The notes beneath the pieces were generated by a model. That model worked only from the letters and a program-made list of their open reading frames with translations. It did not search any database and was not told the DNA's origin. From Clostridia bacterium (GTDB taxonomy: Bacteria; Bacillota; Clostridia; Oscillospirales; CAG-272): 64,000 nt of DNA. Location of the stretch: NCBI GenBank assembly GCA_017455905.1, contig JAFTLQ010000010.1, positions 33,468-97,467 on the forward strand, in the 5' to 3' direction. Position 1 is the first letter of the stretch, and each line of letters opens with the position of its first letter. Positions 1 to 9,260 of this stretch are shown in pieces. Both the position numbers and the translations under genes were made by a program.

Positions 1-734
1 CGGCGATGTCTGTGCGCGAGCAGGTGGAGGACTACTTCCGCCGCCCCCACCGACAAAAGAAATTCGTCGCCTATTTTCAGAACTTTACCAACACCTACGC
101 CTCGCCCGACGTCCTTATGCGTCGGTACACCGACGCCCTCATTGACCCTCGCATCGTCGCTCTGGCGATCGGTACGCGCCCCGACTGTCTCGGCGAGGAC
201 GTCCTGGACGTCCTGTCCGCCATAAAGGAGCGCATCGACCTTTGGGTCGAGCTGGGTCTGCAAACGACCAACGACGACACCGCTCGCCGCATCCGCCGCG
301 GCTATGCGACCGAGGAGTATCTCCGCGCCTGTGAGCGACTGCGAGCGCGCGGCATTCCCTTTGCCGTGCATCTGATGATTGGTCTGCCGGGCGAGGGGAC
401 GGACGAGCTGCGCACGACCGTCGATACCGTGGCACGCACCCATCCCTTCGGCGTCAAGCTGCACGGTGTCTACGTTATGGACGGCACCGACCTGCAAGCG
501 GACTATCTCGCGGGCCGCTATACACCCATCGAAAAGGACGCGTATATCGAAGCGGTCATCGACACCCTGCTCCGCCTGCCGCCCGATACGGTCATCCTGC
601 GCCTGATGTCCGACTGCCCGCCGGGTCGTCTCGTCGCCCCTGCGTGGAACACTGACAAGGCCGAGGTCCACGCCGAGATCCGCCGCCGTATGGCCGAGCG
701 CGGTCTAACCCAAGGCATGCTCTTTACACCCTGA
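1..734 (+). CDS. TIGR01212/YhcC-type radical SAM family protein, C-terminal part (5' end lies upstream of the window)
   Basis: ORF 6..734 is open to the window edge. The translation (YFQNFTNTYA, GLQTTNDDT, IPFAVHLMIGLPGE, VKLHGVYVMDG) matches my memory of this family downstream of the Cys cluster. Confidence 0.7.
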   Translation, partial: AMSVREQVEDYFRRPHRQKKFVAYFQNFTNTYASPDVLMRRYTDALIDPRIVALAIGTRPDCLGEDVLDVLSAIKERIDLWVELGLQTTNDDTARRIRRGYATEEYLRACERLRARGIPFAVHLMIGLPGEGTDELRTTVDTVARTHPFGVKLHGVYVMDGTDLQADYLAGRYTPIEKDAYIEAVIDTLLRLPPDTVILRLMSDCPPGRLVAPAWNTDKAEVHAEIRRRMAERGLTQGMLFTP

Positions 735-770
735 ACCGTCTTTTATATCGACATATGGGAGGAACGAGCT

Positions 771-1097
771 ATGAATAACGAAAAAATATTTTTTCAAAAG
801 GTAAAAGATATCATCAATACGTGCGAGCATCTTTTAAATGATACTGAATACAAGACACCAAATACTTTTGTAATACAGGTAATTTTGCGAGAATTTAAAG
901 ACATACAAGATTTCTATGCCTGTAACAAGAAGGTTTTATTGCTCAGTAAACAGCATTGGACGTTGTGGTCCATTAGAACCATTATTGACTCGGCAGATTA
1001 TGATTACGACGAGGAACTTTTTGATAAAGTCAGAGAATTTGCTCAATTTTGCAAAACATTGAGTGAAAATATGGTTGTTTATAAATATTCCAATTAA
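771..1097 (+). CDS. hypothetical small protein (108 aa) in an AT-rich islet
   Basis: ATG at 771 is preceded by GGGAGG at 755-760. The ORF is uninterrupted, its composition is strikingly AT-rich versus both flanks, and I recognise no family. Confidence 0.5.
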   Translation: MNNEKIFFQKVKDIINTCEHLLNDTEYKTPNTFVIQVILREFKDIQDFYACNKKVLLLSKQHWTLWSIRTIIDSADYDYDEELFDKVREFAQFCKTLSENMVVYKYSN

Positions 1098-1247
1098 AAT
1101 CATCTATACCGTGAGCAAAGCTAAAACAAATGAAAACAAGCAGAGCTCTCGCAAGCTTTTCCGAAAGACAAACGAACGACAAGTGCATGAGTTAAACCAT
1201 ATTTTTTGATTTAAAAGGATCGCACTACACTTTTTTCGGCGCAAAAA

Positions 1248-1283
1248 GCGTCGGCCTCACGAATCGTGAAGCCGACGCTTTTT
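1248..1283. terminator. bidirectional intrinsic terminator between convergent genes
   Basis: GCGTCGGC (1248-1255) pairs with GCCGACGC (1271-1278), with inner TCACGA/TCGTGA pairing. An A-run lies upstream and a T-run downstream. Confidence 0.75.
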
Positions 1284-1301
1284 CTTTTTCGTTATGTACG
1301 A

Positions 1302-2177
1302 TCAAAGCACCGTGATGTCGATATGCGCCTCGTGCGACGCACCGGCGGGCAGCTGACACATATACGCCTTGGTGGCGAAGTCGTCCACGACACCCATGCG
1401 CGACGGCAGGCCGTGCCACGGCTCGATGCAGACGAAGGGTGCGTCGGTGTGATCGGGCTTCCAAAAGCCGAGGTGCGTCATGCCGGTATAGCACAGGCGC
1501 ACACCGCCGCCATGCTTGCGCGACGTCAGCGTTACGGTATCGCCCATGTCGGCGAGGAAGATGCCCGCGCCGTCAAAGGCCTCGTGCGACAGCGCAAACA
1601 CGCCATCCGTCAGCGCAAAGGGCGTGCTTGCACCGGTAGGAAAGCCCGTCGGGCTGATCTCGACCTGCTGCGGCACGATCCCCGCGCCAAACGCGATGTG
1701 ATAATCGGAAAACGCCTCGCCCTCATGCAAAGGCACGCGGAAGCCGGGGTGCGCCCCGTAGGAAAAGGGCAGCGTGCCGTCGCCCGTGTTCGTGATCAGA
1801 AAGCTCTGCCGCAGCGTGCTTCCCGTCAGCTCGTAGCGCACGCGGAAGGTATAGGAAAAGGGATACGAGGCGGCAAAGGCCTCCTGCTGTGTAAAGACAA
1901 GGGTCAGCGACGTGTCCGTCTGCTCCTCAAGGGAAAAGCACGTGCCGCGCACGAAGCCGTGCAGCCCCATCTCGTAGCTCTTGCCTCCGTAGGTATACCG
2001 TCCCTCGGTCAGTCGGCCGCAAATGGGAAAGAGGACAGGCGCCCGCTCATCCCAATAGGCGGCGTCGCCCTGCCAGAGATATTCCGTGCCGTCGGACGTG
2101 CGCCGCAGGCTCTGCAGCTCGGCGCCTCGATCGGATACCGTAACGGAAAGGAACTTGTTTTGGATCGTGTACTTCAT
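1302..2177 (-). CDS. aldose 1-epimerase (galactose mutarotase-like) family protein
   Basis: The translation MKYTIQNKFLSVTVSDRGAELQSL...VLFPICGRL is typical of the family. GGGAG lies 6 nt upstream of the ATG at 2177, and the track's alternative start is 2183. Confidence 0.8.
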   Translation of the reverse strand: MKYTIQNKFLSVTVSDRGAELQSLRRTSDGTEYLWQGDAAYWDERAPVLFPICGRLTEGRYTYGGKSYEMGLHGFVRGTCFSLEEQTDTSLTLVFTQQEAFAASYPFSYTFRVRYELTGSTLRQSFLITNTGDGTLPFSYGAHPGFRVPLHEGEAFSDYHIAFGAGIVPQQVEISPTGFPTGASTPFALTDGVFALSHEAFDGAGIFLADMGDTVTLTSRKHGGGVRLCYTGMTHLGFWKPDHTDAPFVCIEPWHGLPSRMGVVDDFATKAYMCQLPAGASHEAHIDITVL

Positions 2178-2282
2178 ACGCATCTCCCGTACCGATGGTT
2201 TTTATCTTATTCTACCACGCTTTTTTCAATTGTCAAGACACAAGCACCACGGAAAAAAGAGAAAATAAAGCGTCAAAAGCCC

Positions 2283-2311
2283 TTGCAAAGTGCCCTCGCC
2301 TGTGCTATAAT
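2283..2311 (+). promoter_or_regulatory. sigma-A-like promoter
   Basis: TTGCAA (2283-2288), a 17-nt spacer, then TATAAT (2306-2311), located upstream of the 2347 ORF. Confidence 0.55.
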
Positions 2312-2346
2312 GAAGCAAATATCTTTCCCGTAAAGGAGATGCCGTT

Positions 2347-2706
2347 ATGTCACGCCTTTCCGCCCTTTGTCCTGCCGCGCCCTCCGTTCGCACGGTGCAA
2401 GCCGATGCCTCGTACGCCGAGTGCGAGATATCCTACGTCTTTTCCTCCGCGACACCGATCGCCCTCATGCTGCACCTTTGCATTAAGCACAAGGACGGCT
2501 CGACCGTCAACACCGCGGACGCCGCCCTGCACGTAAAGGACTCTACCGCCACCGCGCTGCGTGTATGCCTGCAAAAGCCGACGCTAGACGACGCCGTCTA
2601 CACGCTCTGCACCACGCTGGAAGCGAATGGCGAGACCTGTGAGCTTTCTCCGACGGTCTTTTCCATTACTCCCTGCCGCATGCCCATCCCCGACGACGCA
2701 AGATGA
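2347..2706 (+). CDS. hypothetical protein (119 aa)
   Basis: AAGGAG lies 8 nt upstream of the ATG, with a promoter upstream and a terminator downstream. I recognise no family. Confidence 0.5.
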   Translation: MSRLSALCPAAPSVRTVQADASYAECEISYVFSSATPIALMLHLCIKHKDGSTVNTADAALHVKDSTATALRVCLQKPTLDDAVYTLCTTLEANGETCELSPTVFSITPCRMPIPDDAR

Positions 2707-2752
2707 CAATTTTGTAAATATACATTGTCAAATATGCCTTTTTACAAACACA

Positions 2753-2790
2753 AAGCCGTCGCGATGCACGATCGCGGCGGCTTCTTTTAT
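2753..2790. terminator. bidirectional intrinsic terminator
   Basis: AAGCCGTCGCGAT (2753-2765) pairs with ATCGCGGCGGCTT (2771-2783) with one G-U pair, followed by CTTTTATT. It sits between convergent ORFs. Confidence 0.7.
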
Positions 2791-2799
2791 TGAACGCAA

Positions 2800-3027
2800 T
2801 TACGCTTTCTCCGTCGGCTCACCGCAAACGGGGCAGCGATGCACAGCTCCCTCACAGGACGTGCTCTTTTTCTTTCGGCAGAGCATACCCTTGGCCATAT
2901 CGGCCATCTGCATCATTTTTTCCTTGGTGGCAGACACCACGGCACACACGCCGATCGCCGTCATGGCACAAACGGCCAGCTTGCAGAAGGGATGTCTGTG
3001 TTTTTGCTCGTGTTTTTTAAACAGCAT
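2800..3027 (-). CDS. hypothetical small protein with a hydrophobic segment and a C-terminal Cys cluster
   Basis: Translation MLFKKHEQKHRHPFCKLAVCAMTAIGVCAVVSA...SCEGAVHRCPVCGEPTEKA. The start at 3027 was chosen for a GAGG upstream, and the track start is 3054. No family recognised. Confidence 0.4.
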   Translation of the reverse strand: MLFKKHEQKHRHPFCKLAVCAMTAIGVCAVVSATKEKMMQMADMAKGMLCRKKKSTSCEGAVHRCPVCGEPTEKA

Positions 3028-3137
3028 ATTGTTAGACCGCCTCTGTGGCGGCATACTCCTTGTTTGATCCGCATCTATCTTTTCCGCGCCGTCCCGCTCT
3101 TATGCACAGGCGCGGCAAATTTCGCGCTTTTTTTGTC

Positions 3138-3166
3138 TTGACAAACGCCTGTAATTTTTTTATAAT
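3138..3166 (+). promoter_or_regulatory. sigma-A-like promoter
   Basis: TTGACA (3138-3143), a 17-nt spacer, then TATAAT (3161-3166), upstream of the Sel1-repeat gene. Confidence 0.6.
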
Positions 3167-3212
3167 AAAGAAAAAACGCCGACGTCAATCGGCTGAAAAA
3201 AAGGAGGCTCCT

Positions 3213-4955
3213 ATGGTCACCTGTTTACGCTGCGGCAAGGCGGATACCTACCGCTCGCCCGTCTGTCCGCACTGCGGTACACCGTACGTCTTTTCCGACG
3301 AGGATATAGAAGCCCGCCTGTCGGCCGTACGCCGTGGCGGACGCCGCAAGGACGACGCGTACGCCGAAAGCTGTCATATTCTCGCCGATCTTGGTCGGCC
3401 CGAGGGCGTGCGCCTGTACGGTGCGCTCCTGGAGCAGATGGGGCACGTCGATCACGCCGTCGGCCTCTACCGTGCCCACGCGGATGCCGACCCGTACGCC
3501 GCTTACCGCTACGCCATCCACGCGCGGCACACCGATGCACAGCAGAGCTTTTTCCGTCTGCGCTTTGCCTCCTATTTCGGATGTGAGGAAAGCTTTGAGC
3601 CCATGGCCGAGGCCTTCGCCGAGCGCTCGCAGACCGAGCGCGCCATGTACTTTTTCCGTCTGGCCTCCGATCGGGGCAGCCGCACGGCGAGCATCGCCCT
3701 GGCACGGCTGTATATCGATCGTGCCAAGGAAGACGACCTCGGCTACGCCCGCTATATGCTCGGCCGCACCTCGCTTGCCTCTCTGCGCACACCGCGCTTG
3801 TACGCCAAGGTAAAGGCCTGCGCCCCCATCGAGCCGCCCCTGCCCGACGACACCTTCCGCATCCCCGCGCTGTACGAGCTGGCCAACGAGGCCGAGCGTC
3901 TTGGGGAGCGTTCGGTATACGCCACGCTGTGTGAGCGTCTTCTCTCTATGGGACGCACCGATATGCAGGCGACCGTCGCCCGCTTGCTGATCGCCGGTGA
4001 CGGCTGTCCGCAGGACGTGACGCGCGGTCTGTCGCTTCTTCACGCGCTGTCCGAGCGCGGCGATACCGCCGCCGCGATCCGTCTCGGCGACCTGTATCAG
4101 AAGGGCTCGCCCATTCCGAAGGACTATGCGCGGGCGCTGACCTATTATCAGCGCGCCGCCGAGTTTGGTGACGGACGCGGCTACGAGCGTCTTGGCGACT
4201 ATTATCGCGCCGGCGTCGAGGATCGGCCGCGCATCGCGCGCGCCATTGAGCTGTACGAGCAGGGCGCCGCACACGGATCGACCGATGCCGCCCGCAAGGC
4301 GCGCGATCTCAAGGCACAGCGCGAGCACTATTACACGCGTGCCATGAACGAGCGTGACAGCTCCCCGAAGGATGCCTACCGTCATTTCGTTGCCGCCGCC
4401 GACATGGGCTATCTGCCCGCGGAAGTGCGCATCGGTGATTGCTATCTTGTCGGTATCGGCGTGCCTGTTGACCGTCGCCGTGCCTTCCTGTGGTACAAAT
4501 ACGCCGCCGAGCACAAAAACGAGGAGGCGTACTACCCCTTGGCCATGTGCTATTCACGCGGTGTCGGCACTCCCTTCAACTACCGTGAGGCGCTGACGTA
4601 TCTGCGCCGCGCCCACGCCCTCGGCTGTGAGCCGGCGATGGAGGAGGCCACCCGTCTGCTGGAGGCAAGACGCAAGAAAAAGGAGCGTGCCCTGCACGCC
4701 TGCGTCTGCGAACTGCTCTATCAAGGCAAGGCGGCCGAGGCCGCGCCCTTGGCCGAGCTGTCGGCAGGACTGGGCAACGGCAAGGCGCTGTATACCCTCG
4801 GCGCCATGTATGAGTTCGGCATCGGTGTCCGCTCCGACGGGCAGACGGCAGCCGATCTGTACGCCCGTGCCGAGGAGGCCGGCTTCACCGACGAGCGCGC
4901 CCATCTCAAGCGCATCCTCCTGCGGCAGGCAAACGCCCGTCATCCCGCCGTGTAA
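3213..4955 (+). CDS. Sel1/TPR-like repeat protein with an N-terminal CxxC...CxxC zinc ribbon
   Basis: AAGGAGG at 3201-3207 precedes the ATG at 3213. The N-terminus reads CLRCG...CPHCG, followed by many Sel1-type repeats (e.g. AFLWYKYAAEHKNEEAYYPLAMCYSRGVG). The track ORF start at 3045 was rejected. Confidence 0.8.
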   Translation: MVTCLRCGKADTYRSPVCPHCGTPYVFSDEDIEARLSAVRRGGRRKDDAYAESCHILADLGRPEGVRLYGALLEQMGHVDHAVGLYRAHADADPYAAYRYAIHARHTDAQQSFFRLRFASYFGCEESFEPMAEAFAERSQTERAMYFFRLASDRGSRTASIALARLYIDRAKEDDLGYARYMLGRTSLASLRTPRLYAKVKACAPIEPPLPDDTFRIPALYELANEAERLGERSVYATLCERLLSMGRTDMQATVARLLIAGDGCPQDVTRGLSLLHALSERGDTAAAIRLGDLYQKGSPIPKDYARALTYYQRAAEFGDGRGYERLGDYYRAGVEDRPRIARAIELYEQGAAHGSTDAARKARDLKAQREHYYTRAMNERDSSPKDAYRHFVAAADMGYLPAEVRIGDCYLVGIGVPVDRRRAFLWYKYAAEHKNEEAYYPLAMCYSRGVGTPFNYREALTYLRRAHALGCEPAMEEATRLLEARRKKKERALHACVCELLYQGKAAEAAPLAELSAGLGNGKALYTLGAMYEFGIGVRSDGQTAADLYARAEEAGFTDERAHLKRILLRQANARHPAV

Positions 4956-4972
4956 CGTATATCGTATAAAGC

Positions 4973-5019
4973 AACAAGCACGGAACGAGCCTGCCGCCCG
5001 TTCCGTGCTTGTTCTTTTT
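4973..5019. terminator. intrinsic terminator
   Basis: A 15-bp stem forms between AACAAGCACGGAACG (4973-4987) and CGTTCCGTGCTTGTT (4999-5013), followed by a T-run. Confidence 0.8.
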
Positions 5020-5033
5020 CGGTTTCATTGCGA

Positions 5034-6047
5034 TCAAAAGCCCGTATCCGTGCTTCTGCGCCGCGTATCGTTCGGATCGTCCCCGTCGAATCCGTCACCG
5101 TCACCGTCGCCGCGCTTACGCACCGCCAGCACGATCGCTACGATGATCGCCGCGACCAGCACGACAAGAAGCACCAAAACGATCGGACGCACGCGCCAGC
5201 CGAACAGATCGACATAGGTATGTGCAAAGATGTCCTCTGCATCCTCGACCACCACGCAGATGGAAATGCCCGTTTGGGCGGTGAAGTCCTCCAGCGCCTC
5301 ATTGACCGTCGCATCCGAGATCGGCAGATCCGTGCGGTTATCGATGCGCGAGGCGACCTGTACGTGCGTTTCCGAGCAATCGAAGGGATCGACGGATGCC
5401 GCTATGACCGGGTCGATCATGGCACGCACCGTATCGGCCAGCCCCATAGTCATCGAATACTTCATCGTGCCGTCGCTCGGCATATGCGAGAGTAGCGTCC
5501 GGCCAAAGGTCGTATATTCGTTCCCGAACAGATCGCGCACCGACTTCGTCAGATCGAAGCCCAGCCATGCGATCGCATAGTAGCCCTCGTTGTCCTCGTC
5601 CATCGAAATAACGATGAGGATGTTATCCTCATACGCGGTGCTGCCGCCGAACATATCCAGATACGCCGCGTTGGCAAAGTCCTGATAGGCCTCCTCGTCG
5701 TAGGTGTATCCGTCGCCGACCGACACACAGCTGCCGACCGAGCTGAAGATGACGATCGCGACCACCAGCACCAAGATGATGGGGATCATCAAAAAGCCAA
5801 AGCAACCGCCTCCGCCGTAATACCGACGACCCCAGCCCCAGCCCCAACCCCAGCCGTAAGGATGATGGTGATGATGGGGATGGTGATGGTGCGGGCCTCC
5901 AAAGCCGCCGTGCGGACGGGGTCCTCCTCCGAAGCCGCCTCCGTGACTGCCGCCACCGAAGCCACCTCCGCGACTGCCGCCAAAGCCACCGCCGTGGCTG
6001 CCTCCTCCGAAGCCGCCTCCGCGGCTACCTCCTCCGGGTCCCGGCAT
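5034..6047 (-). CDS. membrane protein with an N-terminal Gly/His/Trp low-complexity region, two TM helices and a TPM-like central region
   Basis: AAGGAGG lies 8 nt upstream of the ATG at 6047. The N-terminus has SRGGGFGGGSHGGGFGG repeats, HHHHPHHHHHP and YGWGWGWGWG, followed by two hydrophobic helices and an acidic DGDGDGFDGDD tail. Confidence 0.6.
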   Translation of the reverse strand: MPGPGGGSRGGGFGGGSHGGGFGGSRGGGFGGGSHGGGFGGGPRPHGGFGGPHHHHPHHHHHPYGWGWGWGWGRRYYGGGGCFGFLMIPIILVLVVAIVIFSSVGSCVSVGDGYTYDEEAYQDFANAAYLDMFGGSTAYEDNILIVISMDEDNEGYYAIAWLGFDLTKSVRDLFGNEYTTFGRTLLSHMPSDGTMKYSMTMGLADTVRAMIDPVIAASVDPFDCSETHVQVASRIDNRTDLPISDATVNEALEDFTAQTGISICVVVEDAEDIFAHTYVDLFGWRVRPIVLVLLVVLVAAIIVAIVLAVRKRGDGDGDGFDGDDPNDTRRRSTDTGF

Positions 6048-6281
6048 ATCCTGTTCCTCCTTATCACTCGCCTCGTGCGAGCTTTTTCTTTATTGTAGCA
6101 CAGCCCCGCGCGCCTTGTCAAGCCGACGAAACGAAAATTCACAATGCGGAAATATCCTCTCGGCTCTCGGTACGAAGAGGACGCGCGACGCATACACTGA
6201 CAGTAGCCGATGTCCGTCTGCGCGACACTCCCATGCCACACGGCCGGGGTCGGCTTAGATACAACATCAAGGAAAAGACCC

Positions 6282-6530
6282 ATGAACCAAGTTTGTGCCG
6301 CGCGCCTGTGCGATCTGCCCGTTGGCGCGCGAACCACGATACACGAGCTGCGGGCGGCGGGAGCGATGCGCCGCCGCTTGTGTGACCTCGGCTTTCTGCC
6401 CGGTGCCACGGTCCGTTGCGTCGGCATCGCTCCTATGGGCGATCCGAAGGCGTACGAGGTACGCGGTGCTATCATTGCTCTGCGTGCGCGGGACGGGGCG
6501 GCCGTGCTGACGGAGGCCTGCCGTGAGTGA
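6282..6530 (+). CDS. feoA: ferrous iron transport protein A
   Basis: The small FeoA-type sequence (LCDLPVGARTTIHEL...RRRLCDLGFLPGATV) directly precedes feoB. The ATG at 6282 was preferred to the track start at 6210. Confidence 0.85.
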   Translation: MNQVCAARLCDLPVGARTTIHELRAAGAMRRRLCDLGFLPGATVRCVGIAPMGDPKAYEVRGAIIALRARDGAAVLTEACRE

Positions 6531-8604
6531 ACGATCCGTGTATACCGTCGCCTTGGCGGGAAATCCCAACGTCGGAAAAAGCACGCTGTTCAACGCGCTG
6601 ACGGGTCTGCATCAGCATACAGGCAACTGGCCGGGCAAGACCGTCGCTCGGGCAGAGGGCACGCTGCGGACGCAGACGCGCACCCTGCGTCTTGTCGATC
6701 TGCCGGGCACCTACTCCCTGCTGTCGCACTCGGCCGAGGAGGACGTCACGCGGGACTTTCTCGCCTTCGGGATGGCGGATGCCGCCATCGTCGTATGCGA
6801 CGCGACCTGCCTCAGCCGCAGCCTGTCCCTGGCTCTGCAGGTGATGGAGGCGGTGCCTTGCACCGTCGTTTGCGTGAATCTGCTCGACGAGGCTCGCAGC
6901 AAGGGCATTCGCATCGATCTCAACCGTCTGGCCGACAAGCTCGGCGTCCCCGTTGTCGGGACCGTAGCCAGGCGTCGTGCGTCGGCACGGCGTATTCTGT
7001 CAACCGTTGATGCGCTTTTTGACAAGTATTGTGCGCAGAAAGAGCCTGTTTTATCCTACGATGCGCCAATTGAAGACGCCGTATCCCACGTAGCGCAGGC
7101 GCTGGAATCGGCAGGCATTCGTCCGGCCGACCCCCGCTTTTGCGCGCTGCGTCTGCTGGAGGGGGACGAGGGCTTTTCGGACAGTGCGCACACCCACCTC
7201 GGTGCCGCCGTCCTGACGAGCGATGCGGTCGTACGCGCCCGCGCCGACGCGGAGCGCACGCTGTTCCTGGCGGGCATTGACGCCGACGGCTTTCGCGACC
7301 GTATGGCCGGTGCACTGCAGGCACGCGCCGAGGCCGTTTGCCATGCGTGCGTAACGTATACCAACGAGCAGGCACATCGGCGCGACCGACGCATCGACCG
7401 CCTGTTGACGGGGCGTTACACCGCCTATCCCTGTATGCTCGCCTTTCTGGCGCTCATCCTGTGGATCACCGTTTCCCTCTCCTCCTATCCGTCCGAATGG
7501 TTGAGTCGCCTCTTCCTTTGGCTGGAGGAGCCCTTGACGTCCGGTCTTTTGGCTCTGCATACACCCCCGTGGCTGTACGGCCTGCTGATCGACGGCCTTT
7601 GGCGCGTTTGCACTTGGGTCATCGCGGTCATGCTGCCGCCGATGGCCATCTTCTTCCCTCTCTTTACCTTCCTTGAGGACGTCGGGTACCTGCCGCGCAT
7701 CGCCTACAATCTCGACCGCCCCTTTGCCGCCTGCCGCGCCTGCGGCAAGCAGGCCCTGACGATGTGCATGGGGCTCGGCTGTAACGCCGTCGGCGTAACA
7801 GGCTGTCGCATCATGGATTCGGGGCGCGAGCGCACGCTGGCGCTGATCACCAACAGCTTCATGCCCTGCAACGGCCGTCTGCCGACCGTGATCGCGCTGC
7901 TCACCGTCTTTTTCGTCGGTGTCTCGGGCGGTGCCCTGGCCGGCCTCGCCTCCGCCGGTCTTCTGACGCTGGCGATCGCCCTGTGTGTCGCCGTCACGTT
8001 GCTCGTCACGCGCCTGTTATCCGTGACGCTGCTGCGCGGAGAGCCGTCCTCCTTTACCCTTGAACTGCCGCCGTACCGCACGCCGCAGGTCGGACGCATC
8101 CTCCTTCGCTCGCTGCTGGATCGCACGCTCTTCGTCCTTGGGCGTGCCGTAGCGGTCGCCGCCCCGGCGGGGATCCTGCTATGGGCGATGACCTATATCA
8201 CCGTCGGTGAGCAGTCGCTCTTGCTCACGATCGCCGGCGCGCTCGATCCCATTGGACACTTCTTTGGCATGGACGGCGTCATTCTGTCCGCCTTTATCTT
8301 CGGCTTCCCTGCCGGGGAGATCGTCGTCCCCATCATGCTGATGGCCTATCTCTCCCTCGGCTCGCTGAGTGCCGCGCCCTCCCTCGCCTATATGCACGAG
8401 GTGCTGACCGCCGCCGGATGGGACGGACAGACGGCGCTTTGCACGGTGCTGTTCTGCCTCTTTCACTTTCCCTGCTCCACAACGCTTCTTACCGTATGGA
8501 AGGAAACCAAGCGCCCGCTCTACACCGCCCTGGCGGCCCTTGTGCCGACGGTCGTCGGCCTTACCCTCTGTGCGCTGGTGCATTGGATCTGCATGCTGTT
8601 CTGA
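6523..8604 (+). CDS. feoB: ferrous iron transport protein B
   Basis: An N-terminal G domain (GNPNVGKST) is followed by a polytopic permease. The GTG start overlaps the feoA stop by 8 nt. Confidence 0.95.
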   Translation: MSERSVYTVALAGNPNVGKSTLFNALTGLHQHTGNWPGKTVARAEGTLRTQTRTLRLVDLPGTYSLLSHSAEEDVTRDFLAFGMADAAIVVCDATCLSRSLSLALQVMEAVPCTVVCVNLLDEARSKGIRIDLNRLADKLGVPVVGTVARRRASARRILSTVDALFDKYCAQKEPVLSYDAPIEDAVSHVAQALESAGIRPADPRFCALRLLEGDEGFSDSAHTHLGAAVLTSDAVVRARADAERTLFLAGIDADGFRDRMAGALQARAEAVCHACVTYTNEQAHRRDRRIDRLLTGRYTAYPCMLAFLALILWITVSLSSYPSEWLSRLFLWLEEPLTSGLLALHTPPWLYGLLIDGLWRVCTWVIAVMLPPMAIFFPLFTFLEDVGYLPRIAYNLDRPFAACRACGKQALTMCMGLGCNAVGVTGCRIMDSGRERTLALITNSFMPCNGRLPTVIALLTVFFVGVSGGALAGLASAGLLTLAIALCVAVTLLVTRLLSVTLLRGEPSSFTLELPPYRTPQVGRILLRSLLDRTLFVLGRAVAVAAPAGILLWAMTYITVGEQSLLLTIAGALDPIGHFFGMDGVILSAFIFGFPAGEIVVPIMLMAYLSLGSLSAAPSLAYMHEVLTAAGWDGQTALCTVLFCLFHFPCSTTLLTVWKETKRPLYTALAALVPTVVGLTLCALVHWICMLF

Positions 8605-8609
8605 GCGTC

Positions 8610-8655
8610 CCTCGGCCGGACGGTATCGTGTGATGTCGTCCGGCCGAGGTTTTTT
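8610..8655 (+). terminator. intrinsic terminator after feoB
   Basis: A 13-bp stem forms between CCTCGGCCGGACG (8610-8622) and CGTCCGGCCGAGG (8637-8649), followed by TTTTTT. Confidence 0.85.
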
Positions 8656-8727
8656 GTCGATCGCGTGATCTGACCGCCGCGCGGCACCGTCTTTTTTCCG
8701 TCGCACACGCAAATCTTCTTTAAAAAC

Positions 8728-8755
8728 TTGACAGACGAAAAAAATCGTGTATAAT
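8728..8755 (+). promoter_or_regulatory. sigma-A-like promoter
   Basis: TTGACA (8728-8733), a 16-nt spacer, then TATAAT (8750-8755). Confidence 0.5.
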
Positions 8756-8801
8756 TTATATATTAATATGTTGATCATAAAACGAGAGACCAGGAGGCAC
8801 T

Positions 8802-9260
8802 ATGGATCTGCAGCACGGAAAATATATGGCCGTCGATTACGGCGACGTACGCACCGGCCTTGCCGAATGCGACCCGTCGGGCACCCTGGCCTCCGGCATC
8901 GGAACGATCAAGGAGAGCGGCATGCGCCACACCGCCGAGCGCGTCGTGGCCGAGGCACTCGCCCGCGGATGCAAGCGGATCATCATCGGCCTGCCGAAGA
9001 ACATGGATGGCACGCAGGGCGGCCGCGTCGATACCGTACACGCCTTTGGCGACATCGTCGCACAGCTCACCGACCTACCCGTCGTCTATTACGACGAGCG
9101 CATGACCACGATGATCGCCTACCGCTACCTGTCCTCGACCAACACCTACGGCAAGCAAAGGCGTGACCGTGTGGACACGCTGTCCGCCGAGATCATTCTG
9201 CAGGATTACCTCGACGCCGAGCGCGCCGGTAAAATACAACCTCCAGCAAAGGACATATGA
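8802..9260 (+). CDS. ruvX: Holliday junction resolvase-like protein RuvX (YqgF)
   Basis: AGGAGG lies upstream. The translation carries the YqgF signature (MAVDYGDVRTGLA...IIIGLPKNMDGT). Confidence 0.9.
   Translation: MDLQHGKYMAVDYGDVRTGLAECDPSGTLASGIGTIKESGMRHTAERVVAEALARGCKRIIIGLPKNMDGTQGGRVDTVHAFGDIVAQLTDLPVVYYDERMTTMIAYRYLSSTNTYGKQRRDRVDTLSAEIILQDYLDAERAGKIQPPAKDI

Noticed and set aside
6048-6281. A Fur box or metal riboswitch in the feoA upstream region.
   Set aside because: I looked for a GATAATGATAATCATTATC-like palindrome and for recognisable riboswitch cores and found none. Only short local hairpins are present. A proper Rfam or motif scan is still needed.
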